Assembly (NCBI RefSeq): GCF_006345805.1
Contig: NW_021825349.1
Coordinates: 1-15,846, forward strand
From: Octopus sinensis
Lineage: Eukaryota
Direction: 5' to 3'
Length of the DNA stretch: 15,846 nucleotides
The notes beneath the pieces are model-generated. The model did no database searches and was not told the origin of the DNA. It saw only the letters and a list, made by a program, of their open reading frames with translations. The position numbers were made by a program, and so were the translations under genes. Shown here one piece after another: positions 1 through 11,000 of this stretch. Each line of letters begins with the position of its first letter. Within the stretch, counting starts at the first letter, position 1.

Positions 1-700
1 ATTGGTGGGTCGCTAGTCGTGTGGGAAGACCTCCAGAATGTTTCCTGTACGTTGTTAGTGGCATACGCCGTAACAACAGCGTTTCTGGCTCCTTATGGGT
101 TCTGGTGTCATGGATTGCTCCATCTCACTCAATCTGTTTATTACGAGCTATGAGGACCATCAGCTCTTTGTCGGTCTCCTTACTAGCTCAAAATTCGGGG
201 TAGGAGAATTTAACAGTTCTTCCAAAAGCATTCTTTTGGTGCGAGGTGAGGTTGTGGTGCTGTTGGTTGTGCTGGTGGTGATAACAGTTGTTAGGCTGGA
301 GGGGTTATTGTCTGTGTGACAGTACATTTTGTGTTGACTAATGCTTGTGCAGGTTCGAATCCAGGTGTTTTTTTTTCCGGTGCTTTCGTTTTGATTGCTT
401 TGTTTTGTCTTTTTCTTTCTTTTCGCCCTCTCTCTCCATGGTTTTGAGCAATATATTTCCTCTAGCCTACCATTTATACCAAGACAAAACATATACATAG
501 TAACACTTCCAGTCAGTTAAGATGAGATGCAACGAGAGCAAGGGCCCTGTACTGTACCAGGGCAGCAGTTTCACCATCAACCTAACCATCGCTAATTGAG
601 CAAGCATCATCACAAACACAAACCATGTGATTTATAAAAGTTAATCATCACTTCTATCGTCACAACACTCCTCCCTAACTTCACCAGAACTATCAACACC

Positions 701-1508
701 GCCATCACCAACGCTACTATCACCAACGCCACCATCACCAACGTCACCATCACCAACGTCACCATCACCAACGCCACCATCACCATCACTACCATCACCA
801 ACGCCACCATCACCAACGTCACCATCACCAACGCCACCATCACCATCGTTACCATCACCAACGCCTCCATCACCAACGCCACCATCACCATCGCTACCAT
901 CACCAATGTCACCATCACCAACGACATCATCACCAACGACACCATCACCAACGCCACCATCACTATCGCTACCATCACCAACGTCACCATCACCAACGCC
1001 ACCATCACCATCGTTACCATCACCAACGCCTCCATCACCAACGCCACCATCACCATCGCTACCATCACCAATTCACCATCACCAACGACATCATCACCAA
1101 CGACACCATCACCAACGTCACCATCACCAACGCCACCATCACCATCACTACCATCACCAACGCCACCATCACCAACGTCACCATCACCAACGCCACCATC
1201 ACCATCGTTACCATCACCAACGACATCATCACCAACTCCACCATCACCATCGCTACCATCACCAATGTCACCATCACCAACGACATCATCACCAACTCCA
1301 CCATCACCATCGCTACCATCACCAACGACACCATCACCAACGCCACCATCACCATCGCTACCATCACCAACGCCTCCATCTCCATCGCTACCATCACCAA
1401 CGACACCATCACCAACGCCACCATCACCATCGCTACCATCACCAACGCCATATCACCAACACTACCATCACCAACACCACCATCACCAACGTCACCATCA
1501 CCAACGTC
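701..1508. repeat. 15-bp minisatellite, consensus ACCATCACC(AACGCC/AACGTC/ATCGCT/AACGAC), about 54 units
   Basis: Units can be parsed continuously from 701 in 15-nt steps. Two units are 14 nt (1061-1074 and 1450-1463), which explains the frame switches in the ORF track (PSPTP / HHHQR / TITNA on plus, MVMVA on minus). Confidence 0.95.
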
Positions 1509-2085
1509 ACCAGCGCCACCACGAGCAACATCATCAAAACCTCACCAGCAGAACCGTTCCACAAATCGTTATAGTCATTACATTTCATAAAACAATCACC
1601 GCCACCATCGCCATCGCCAACGCACAAATACCCGTAACCGATCATTCACCCTTAATACCATCACCGTCACGAATGCTATGACCATCACGACCACTACCAC
1701 ACTCACGACTACCACTGTCACCACAAACACCGCCACCCCGCCCCCCCACCATCATCACCATACTACTAAAGCCACCACCATCACCACCACCACAAGCACA
1801 ACCACTACGAACACCACCATCACCAACACCACCGTCATCAGCACACTACTAAAGCCATCACCACCACCATCACTAACACCTCCATCACCACCCTATCACC
1901 ACCACCATCACCACCAAAGCCACCACCGTCATCACCACACCCGTCTTCACCACCACCACCATTATTATCACGATCAAGCCCATCACGACGACTACGACGA
2001 CGACGATCACCACCACCACCACCGCCACCACAACCACCACCATCACCACCGCCACCAGCACCAGCACCATTCACAATGCAATGAT
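1509..2085. repeat. Degenerate (CAC/CAT)n low-complexity tract
   Basis: Runs of CAC, CAT, ACC and GAC triplets with no fixed longer period. They generate the poly-T, poly-H and poly-G ORFs. Confidence 0.85.
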
Positions 2086-2417
2086 ATATGATACTATCGG
2101 ATCAGTTTTTATCGAAACGTTCATCATGGCTTTTAAACTGTCAAAATCTATTTATTTGAATTGAGCTCGGTGGAGGAGTAGTGGGAGGCGGCTCCGAGTG
2201 AGTGTGAGTGGTGGTGTTAGTGTGAAAGAACATTAATAGGGGGGGGGTGACGGTCGAGTGTAGCAGAATCGGGTGAGGTTTGCCATGAGATGATATTTAT
2301 TGCTCAACCTTATTATTGCAGAGATTTTTATCGACGGATAAATATTTCACATTCCCTGTAGGGGTCACTACTTTCTCAGATTAGGGCGCTCCACAGTGCC
2401 TTCACTGTCATTGTCAT

Positions 2418-2586
2418 CGCCTTTAATCGAGCAACTCTCGACCCCGGGACTTATTCTTTGTAAGCCCAGTACTTATTCTATCGGTCTCTTTTGCCGAACC
2501 GCTAAGTGACGGGGACATAAATACACCAGCATCGGTTGTCAAGCGATGTTGGGGGGCCAAACAAACCAGACACACAACACACAACA

Positions 2587-2629
<43 letters not shown>

Positions 2630-2804
2630 CATATTATAATACGACGGCTTCTTTCAGTTCCGTCCACCAAATCCACTCACAAGGCTTTGGGGCCGCCCGA
2701 GGCTATAGTAGAAGACACTTGCCCAAGGTGCCACGCAGTGGAACTGAACCCGGAACCATGTGGTTGGTAAACAAACTACTTATCACACAGCCACTCCTGC
2801 GCCT
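2418..2804 (-). mobile_element. tRNA-derived SINE, family 1 (octopus OR/OK-type, CORE-like), copy A, 3' tail truncated
   Basis: Minus strand starts AGGCGCAGGAGTGGCTGTGTGATAAG (A-box-like), followed by GGTTCAGTTCC (B-box-like), CCTTGGGCAAGT (resembles the CORE-SINE core start), an internal (TA)n/(TG)n tract and the conserved 3' block GGCAAAAGAGACCGATAGAATAAGTAC. It aligns with copies at 7415-7950 and 15297-15745. Confidence 0.9.
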
Positions 2805-3176
2805 GATATGTAGAAAAAAAAATTAACATGAGTTCTTTTTATATAAGTTTTTAAGTTGGATCACTTTCAAAAGTGTATAAGTTTGTATAATCTGAAATTG
2901 TCTGAGACAACCGCCTCTCACGCCGCAGTATTTTAAGCAGATTAACTATCGCAGTAATATTTTCTTTGCTTTAGAGCTGGTCTGTATATTTTGCACATTT
3001 TCTATCGAGGACTACCTTACAGTCTGTAGCAAGTTGTACAGATTGCATTGGTAGGATATAAGAGATTTAACTTATTTTTGAAGCAAATGTAGTAACAAAC
3101 TCGACATTATTTTGACCGACGAAAGTAACTGAAGTGACAAATAGCTATTTCGCAAAACTTCGATGTCACTGAAGCA

Positions 3177-3575
3177 TGTAGCCATTTTCAAATAGCACCG
3201 CCAATTTGTGGTAGCTGGCAATATGACGTAATGTATTGCCGAAGAAATATGATTGTCGTTTCCCCAAAATCCAGGGTTTTTTACAAAGTTATAACAAAAA
3301 GTTAGTGAAATATTTAAAACGTTTACAGTTGGATAGATAGACAAATATAACAAAATAATTTGACAAAAAATGTTAATTTTTAATTATTTTCTGAGATTTT
3401 ACAAAAACAACAAAAATATTTAACTTTAAAGAATTGAAATCACATAAAAACATTGTTTAACTAATTTTCAGAATTCCTATATGGGCAGTTATTTCAACAA
3501 ATGGTAAAATGACAATCACATTACGTCATATTGCCAGCTACAACAAATTGGTGGTGCTATTTGAAAATGGCTACA
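3177..3575. mobile_element. MITE-like / foldback non-autonomous DNA element with 58-bp inverted repeats
   Basis: 3177-3234 (TGTAGCCATTTTCAAATAGCACCGCCAATTTGTGGTAGCTGGCAATATGACGTAATGT) is the reverse complement of 3518-3575 with 2 mismatches. Similarity continues inward (3251-3266 vs 3502-3517, 13/16) after a 16-bp insertion in the left arm. The interior is AT-rich and non-coding. The ORF track shows the same peptide PATTNWxCYLKMAT on both strands. Confidence 0.8.
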
Positions 3576-4544
3576 GGCTATATCACCATATTTTCTATAA
3601 AATCTATGGAACTAAATAAAGAAGACAGGTCATCTAAGACGAATGCTGATGCGAGGAGTGCCAAACAATGTCTCCCTTTGAAATCGAGAGAAATTATAGT
3701 AAATATTATGGTACTGATTAAAAACCTTCACTCAAGTCGTCCAATACACTGGAATAAAATCTGCAACCACGTGTTTGTATGTCAAAGGAATGTGTTCCCA
3801 AAGAATGCATGGTAATTACTATAAATTATGTATACAAATGTCTGGTGATACAAACTTCGTCGTTCCGAGCAAGGTAATATAAATATTCAAACATGTATGT
3901 AGAATAAAAAAGAAACAAAAAAAACCCAAAAGAGCAAAAACAACAAAAAAAATAAATAAAAATACAAACAAAACGTGATGCAATAATTAAAACAAACCTC
4001 TATTTATAATATATTTTCAAATTTATATTTATATTTTCAAGAAACTTGATAATATTTTACATAATAATGTTTTAATAGAAAACATTAACTCCGGATATCC
4101 AGCTATTTTTGACATTTCAATTGAACTTCATCCAAGTCTATTTAGAATATTATGTTCATTATCGTTTATTCATTTTTCCATTTCGTTTTCTCTTTTCTTC
4201 TTTATTTTGTATTCTATATTTATTTCACAATTGCTTCTAGTATGGACAGTTCAGCCATTTTGTTCTGTCTGTCTAGAGATTGTAATTCTCTTTTTTCTTT
4301 CTTTCTTTTTTTCGCCTTCTTTCATTCATTCTTTCTTTCTTTCTTTTTTTTTAATATGTCTATTGGGTACATACACTCATGTGATCATATGAACAAGTAA
4401 GTGTTTTGTCTGTGACATTTCAGTTGAATTTCGTTCCATATGTTCTCTCATTTTCATATTCTCTCCGTTATACTCTCACTCTTTCTCTTTCTCTCCATAT
4501 ATTACACATACATCACACATAAACACATAAATAATATAATTAAT

Positions 4545-4586
<42 letters not shown>

Positions 4587-4615
4587 ACTATAAATATATA
4601 TAGAAATATATATAT

Positions 4616-4650
<35 letters not shown>

Positions 4651-4700
4651 AAATCTATATATAAATATATTAATATATATATATATATATATATACATCA
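4545..4700. repeat. (TA)n microsatellite
   Basis: Interrupted TA dinucleotide run read directly. Confidence 0.9.
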
Positions 4701-5084
4701 CACATTCTTACTGTCTATTCCTCTTTATACATATTACTCGCATATGCTCTCTCCTTCTCTCTCTCTCTCTATCTCCTTTTGACATTTTTTAACGTCTTTA
4801 TCACACAATACATTAATAATATGATTGTTGTTCTATATTTGAACTGTCCTCGAGTTTTGATAGAGTTTCAATTATTTTTCTGCATCATTTATTATCGATT
4901 TATTAGTGTGAAGGGACAACAATGAAAACAACAGCAACAACAGCTACAACAGCGATAAGACAGGCAACGACATAAAGGATAAAAGCTAAATACACAAGAC
5001 AAACGTCTGTAAATTATTAATAGAATATTACTTAACAACAATGGTGGAATACTAAAACACGTTTCATATATTTTCATTCAGTAA

Positions 5085-5209
5085 TTCTATATATATATAT
5101 TATATATATATATGTGTGTGTGTGCTTTGTGTGTGTGTGCGTGTGTGCGTGTGTGTATGTTTGTGTGCATATATATATATTTACATAATATATTTATATG
5201 TAAATATAT

Positions 5210-5250
<41 letters not shown>

Positions 5251-5278
5251 TGTACATATATGTATATATTCATTCATT

Positions 5279-5322
<44 letters not shown>

Positions 5323-5344
5323 ACATGTGTGAGTGTGTGTGTGC

Positions 5345-5378
<34 letters not shown>

Positions 5379-5612
5379 GTGTGTGTGTATGTGTATGCAT
5401 GTGTGTGTACATGTATATATATTATATTATATTATATATTATATATACATACATGTACACACACACACACATATATATATATATAGACATTACTGAATGT
5501 GAGTGTGTGGTTGTGTCTGTGTATGTGTGTGCGTATACATATATGTATATATATAATATATATATATACATATATGTATACACACACACATACACAGACA
5601 CACACCCACACT

Positions 5613-5643
<31 letters not shown>

Positions 5644-5735
5644 GAAAAATAACGGATGAATACACATACGCATGCATACACACAAGCACGTAGGTTCAAA
5701 TACATATACATATATACATATACATACGTAAAAGA
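5085..5735. repeat. Compound (TA)n/(TG)n/(CA)n microsatellite block containing internal palindromes
   Basis: Alternating TG, TA and CA runs. All overlapping YI/CV/HT-rich ORFs are artefacts of these runs. Confidence 0.95.
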
Positions 5736-5997
5736 AGCACATACTATGCAAAATCGTCCATTCTTATGCTCGTTAACTGGAACAAAACTAATCTTTATGA
5801 GGTTTGGATTGTAAAATATTTAGCTATATATTAAGCTATTTAACATGTATGTATTCATCTGTCTATCAAGTACAAGAGAGTATGTACGCGTGTTTGCGTT
5901 CTTATTGCTATACACTTATATCCATGCGTAGCTACATGTATATATATATATGGCAAATGAAAGACGGAAGATGGAATATACGGGAATTTATTAATTA

Positions 5998-6152
5998 TTA
6001 CGACAATTGTTTCGACACATCTACCAAGGATTCGTCATGCGTGGGACACTCAACAACTGGTTCAGGAGCATCCGGTGGTGTAGATGTATCTCGTGGGGTG
6101 ATAAATAAATATTGCTCGTTAAAATGACTGTTCCGCAATGTCACTTTCCGTT
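5998..6152 (-). CDS. Candidate terminal coding exon of an unidentified gene (RKVTLRNSHFNEQYLFITPRDTSTPPDAPEPVVECPTHDESLVDVSKQLS*)
   Basis: Minus-strand acceptor TTCCTCTGCTTTTCTTTCTACAG| ends at 6153. Only one of the three frames stays open (phase 1, 50 codons). It ends in tandem TAA TAA with AATAAA at 5992-5987. The stretch is more GC-rich than its flanks. No family was recognised. Confidence 0.3.
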
Positions 6153-6487
6153 CTGTAGAAAGAAAAGCAGAGGAAATCTCTTCATTTATATAAAAGATCA
6201 AAAATAAAATCTCAGATAAACGAACACGCAATCCAACAGAAAAAAAGTATTAAAAATAACAGTTAATAATTATCGATATATAAACGTCCTCGGGCAACTT
6301 GCATGGCGCGAGTACACTTGTTCATACAAGCATCCGCAAAAATGTGAGCATATGCATACGTGAGTTTGGTGCATTCATGATCACAAAGCGAATTAACTAC
6401 CTACTTGGTGTTTGTAAGAATGGGGCGGTTAATAGTAAACTTAAGTCATCCATACCTTAAAGTAAATTAAGTCAATTTAACGGTTAC

Positions 6488-6910
6488 TCAAAATTCATTC
6501 TCACTGCATCGTGCGAAAGTACATTTATATGAGTGCAGGCATCTCGATAGTAGTTCAGAAATTCTATTCTAATGCACAGAATAGACAGGGATTTCTCGGA
6601 GCAGAGACGGCATCTCCTGGAAATTGTATTGTATGGTTTCGTGTACGTTACTATGGACCAATTAATGCAGTACTTAATTTTATACTCCTTCAGTCACTAT
6701 AGACAATATGTCAAAGAGGTTGAATGTCTCTTATTGATTGTCTTAAAGCTGACAACATGGTTACGTTAACAATTCTCAAATAAATCAGCCGTCTGCCCAA
6801 TATAAATATACGGCCATCCCCTTGTGTGCACAGTACATTTATATACAAGATTTGTACTCATACAAAGATTCACCAAAGATATTTTACTATTCTCTGCATG
6901 AACAATTAAC
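6488..6910 (-). mobile_element. Decayed Penelope-like retroelement, GIY-YIG endonuclease coding region
   Basis: Manual translation of one frame from 6861 down to 6571 gives MSTNLVYKCTVHTRGWPYIYIGQTADLFENC*RNHVVSFKTINKRHSTSLTYCL**LKEYKIKYCINWSIVTYTKPYNTISRRCRLCSEKSLSILCI. After a frameshift it reads *NRISELLSRCLHSYKCTF, and CSCR lies upstream at 6904-6893. The motif order matches Penelope-clade EN domains: CxC, (I/L)VY, YIGxT, FxxRYxNH, STxLSxxxWxLK, IxWSI, PYxxxSxRCxLCxxEK, LNxxSELxSxCxH. Confidence 0.85.
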
Positions 6911-7017
6911 GTATTTATTTGTATATAAGGCAATCCCGACTCCATTTACCGGCGTTGTTACCGTGTTAGCTGTATCATAATTATTTCCACTACTTATAAG
7001 TATTTTTACTACTGCAG

Positions 7018-7340
7018 CTTGGGCGAATGCCTTCTGTTATATCCTCGGGTTGACCAAAGCCTTGTGAGTGGATTTCGTAGACGGAAAGTGAAAGAATCCT
7101 GCTGTGTATATATATTTATTTATGTGTAAGTGATTTTGTGTTTATGTTTGTCTTCTCACCATCGCTTCACAGCCAATATTGGTGTATTTACATCTCCGTA
7201 ACTTAGCAGTTCGGCAAAAGAGACCGATAGACTAAGTACTAAGCTTACAAAGAATAAGTTCTAGGGTCGACTTCTCCGAATAAATGTCCTTTAAGGCAGT
7301 GCTCCAGCATGGCTGCAGTCAAATGACTGAAACAGTTATA
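7018..7340 (+). mobile_element. SINE family 1, copy C: older, 5'-truncated (no tRNA head)
   Basis: Starts at CTTGGGCGAATGCCTTC (core) and contains GACCAAAGCCTTGTGAGTGGATTTCGTAGACGGAAAG and the 3' block TTCGGCAAAAGAGACCGATAG...GCTCCAGCATGGCTGCAGTCAAATGACTGAAACA. It is more diverged than copy B. Confidence 0.85.
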
Positions 7341-7414
7341 ATAAATATTTAAAAAATCATGTGTTTTTATCTCTAAATATATGTATGTATGTTTGTGGGT
7401 GTATAAGTACATGT

Positions 7415-7587
7415 ATGCAGAAGTGACTGTGCTGTAAGTAGCTTGCTTACCAACCACATGGTTCCGGGTTCAGTCCCACTGCGTGGCACTTTGGCCGAGT
7501 GTCTTCGACTATAGCCTCGGACCGACAAAAGCCTTGTGAGTAGATTTGGTAGACGGAAACTGAAAGAAGCCCGATATATATAATATG

Positions 7588-7655
<68 letters not shown>

Positions 7656-7676
7656 TTATATATATATATATATATA

Positions 7677-7714
<38 letters not shown>

Positions 7715-7950
7715 CTGTGTGTCTGTGTGTGTGTGTATGTTTGTGTGTCTGTGTTTGTCCCCCTAACATCACTTGACAAACGATGCTGGTGTGTTTACGT
7801 CCCCGTAACTTAGCGGTTCGGCAAAAGAGACCGATAGAATAAGTACTAGGCTTACAAAGAATAAGTCCTGGGTCGATTTGTTCCGACTAAAGGTGCTGCT
7901 CCAGCATGGCCACAGACAAATGACTAAAATAATTAAAAGAGTAAAAAAGT
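7415..7950 (+). mobile_element. SINE family 1, copy B, essentially full length
   Basis: Degenerate A-box head at 7415, B-box-like GGTTCAGTCCC at 7467-7477, core, internal (TA)n then (TG)n at about 7575-7745, conserved 3' block and AAAAGAGT-type tail. Confidence 0.9.
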
Positions 7951-8097
7951 ATGTTTGTGACCCTCCTTGTGTCTGTGTTTACTTATGTTTATATCAAATA
8001 GTATGTAGAGAGAATCTAAAGCAATCCGAATGGTAATCCACAAGTTACAGCTCCGATGTCAAAAATAGAGGACGGCGTGTATGTTTTAAGTATGTGG

Positions 8098-11000
8098 CAT
8101 AAGTCTATTACGCATTAAAAATCCTAGGAAGAGCAAATTTTGACGCTTTAGCAGAATAGGTACATCATAATGTCGGACATCATTCATTATTACAACTAGC
8201 TTTTCACAAGTCTATTACGCATTAAAATCCTAGGAAGAGCAAATTTTTGACACTTTAGCAGAATGGTACCTCATAATGTCGGACATATTCCATTATGACA
8301 ACTAGCTTTTCACAAGTCTATTACGCATTAATAATCCTAGGAAGAGCAAATTTTGACGCTTTAGCAGAATAGGTACCTCATAATGTCGGACATTATTCCA
8401 TTATGACAACTAGCTTTTCACAAGTCTATTACGCATTAAAAATCCTAGGAAGAGCAAATTTTGACGCTTTAGCAGAATAGGTACATCATAATGTCGGACA
8501 TTATCCATTATGACAACTAGCTTTTCACAAGTCTATTACGCATTAAAAATCCTAGGAAGAGCAAATTTTGACGCTTTAGCAGAATAGGTACCTCATAATG
8601 TCGGACATTATTCCATTATGACAACTAGCTTTTCACAAGTCTATTACGCATTAAAAATCCTAGGAAGAGCAAATTTTGACGCTTTAGCAGAATAGGTACC
8701 TCATAATGTCGGACATTATTATTATATGACAACTAGCTTTTCACAGTCTATTACGCATTAAAAATCCTAGGAAGAGCAAATTTTGACGCTTTAGCAGAAT
8801 AGTACCTCATAATTCGGACATTTTTCCATTATGACAACTAGCTTTTCACAAGTCTATTACGCATTAAAATCCTAGGAAGAGCAAATTTTGACGCTTTAGC
8901 AAAATAGGTACATCATAATGTCGGACATTATTCCATTATGACAACTAGCTTTTCACAAGTCTATTACGCATTAAAAATCCTAGGAAGAGCAAATCTTTAC
9001 GCTTTAGCATAATAGGTACATCATAATGTCGGACATTATTCCATTATGGCAACTAGCTTTTCACAAGTCTATTACGCATTAAAATCCTAGGAAGAGCAAT
9101 CTTGACGCTTTAGCAGCAGATAGGTACCTCATAATGTCGGACATTATTCCATTATGACAACTAGCTTTTCACAAGTCTATTACGCATTAAAAATCCTAGG
9201 AAGAGCAAATTTTGACGCTTTAGCAGAATAGGTACCTCATATGTCGGACATTATTCCATTATGACAACTAGCTTTTCACAAGTCATTACGCATTAAAATC
9301 CTAGGAAGAGCAAATTTTGACGCTTTAGCAGAATAGGTACCTCATAATGTCGGACATTATTCCATTATGACAACTAGCTTTTCACAAGTCTATTACGCAT
9401 TAAAATCCTAGGAAGAGCAAATTTTGACGCTTTAGCAGAATAGGTACCTCATAATGTCGGACATTATTCCATTATGACAACTAGCTTTTCACAAGTCTAT
9501 TACGCATTAAAATCCTAGGAAGAGCAATTTTGACGCTTTAGCAGAATAGGTACATCATAATGTCGGACATTATTCCATTATGACAACTAGCTTTTCACAA
9601 GTCTGTTACGCATTAAAAATCCTAGAAGAGCAAATTTGACGCTTTAGCAGAATAGGTACCTCATAATGTCGGACATTATTCCATTATGACAACTAGCTTT
9701 TCACAAGTCTATTACGCATTAAAAATCCTAGGAAGAGCAAATTTTGACGCTTTAGCAGAATAGGTACCTCATAATGTCGGACATTATTCCATTATGACAA
9801 CTAGCTTTTCACAAGTCTATTACGCATTAAAAATCCTAGGAAGAGCAAATTTTGACGCTTTAGCAGAATAGGTACCTCATAATGTCGGACATTATTCCAT
9901 TATGACAACTAGCTTTTCACAAGTCTATTACGCATTAAAAATCCTAGGAAGAGCAAATTTTGACGCTTTAGCAGAATAGGTACCTCATAATGTCGGACAT
10001 TATCCATTATGACAACTAGCTTTTCACAAGCTTTTCACAAGTCTATTACGCATTAAAATCCTAGGAAGAGCAAATTTTGACGCTTTAGCATAATAGGTAC
10101 CGTCATAATGTCGGACATTATTCCATTATGACAACTAGCTTTTCACAAGTCTATTACGCATTAAAAATCCTAGGAAGAGCAAATTTTGACGCTTTAGCAG
10201 AATAGGTACCTCATAATGTCGGACTTATTCCATTATGACAACTAGCTTTTCACAAGTCTATTATTCGCATTAAAAATCCTAGGAAAGCAAATTTTGACGC
10301 TTTAGCAGAATAGGTACCTCTCATAATGTCGGACATTATTCCATTATGACAACTAGCTTTTCACAAGTCTATTACGCATTAAAAATCCTAGAAGAGCAAA
10401 TTTTGACGCTTTAGCAGAATAGGTACCTCATAATGTCGGACATTATTCCATTATAACAACTAGCTTTTCACAAGTCTATTACGCATTAAAAATCCTAGGA
10501 AGAGCAAATTTTGACGCTTTAGCAGAATAGGTACCTCATAATGTCGGACATTATTCCATTATGACAACTAGCTTTTCACAAGTCTATTACGCATTAAAAA
10601 TCCTAGGAAGAGCAAATTTTGACGCTTTAGCAGAATAGGTACCTCATAATGTCGGACATTATTCCATTATGACAACTAGCTTTTCACAAGTCTATTACGC
10701 ATTAAAAATCCTAGGAAGAGCAAATTTTGACGCTTTAGCAGAATAGGTACATCATAATGTCGGACATTATTCCATTATGACAACTAGCTTTTCACAAGTC
10801 TATTACGCATTAAAAATCCTAGGAAGAGCAAATCTTTACGCTTTAGCAGAATAGGTACATCATAATGTCGGACATTATTCCATTATGGCAACTAGCTTTT
10901 CACAAGTCTATTACGCATTAAAAATCCTAGGAAGAGCAAATCTTTACGCTTTAGCAGAATAGGTACCTCATACTGTCGGACATTATTCCATTATGACAAC

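Noticed and set aside
55-84. KRCCYGVCH on the minus strand resembling a THAP-domain start
   Set aside because: A stop follows immediately and no downstream THAP motifs are present.
1-498. ORFs at 21-203, 95-319 and 160-498 as genes or a retroelement ORF1
   Set aside because: No recognisable domain, and they are partly low-complexity. The region may be a decayed repeat but I cannot support a call.
610-2091. Long His-, Pro/Ser-, Met/Val- and Gly-rich ORFs
   Set aside because: They are direct translations of CAC/CAT repeats, which lack stops by composition.
2165-2250. G-rich stretch and G run as a G-quadruplex or promoter; single TTAGGG at 2381
   Set aside because: Mostly two-G tracts, no supporting gene context, and one telomeric hexamer is expected by chance.
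4152-5751. YI/CV/HT- and F-rich ORFs
   Set aside because: They are translations of dinucleotide microsatellites and T-rich low complexity.
6005-6050. Possible Penelope-associated hammerhead (minus strand ATGACGA...GAAAC)
   Set aside because: The first core base is wrong (A instead of C) and no stem II closes onto GAAA.
6012-6090. Imperfect hairpin (ACATCTAC / GTAGATGT) as a pre-miRNA
   Set aside because: Only 8 contiguous pairs, multiple bulges and a ~40-nt loop.
7415-7495. tRNA gene at the SINE heads (also 2725-2804, 14225-14310, 15665-15745)
   Set aside because: A/B-box-like motifs are present but no cloverleaf can be closed, and each head continues into SINE body sequence.
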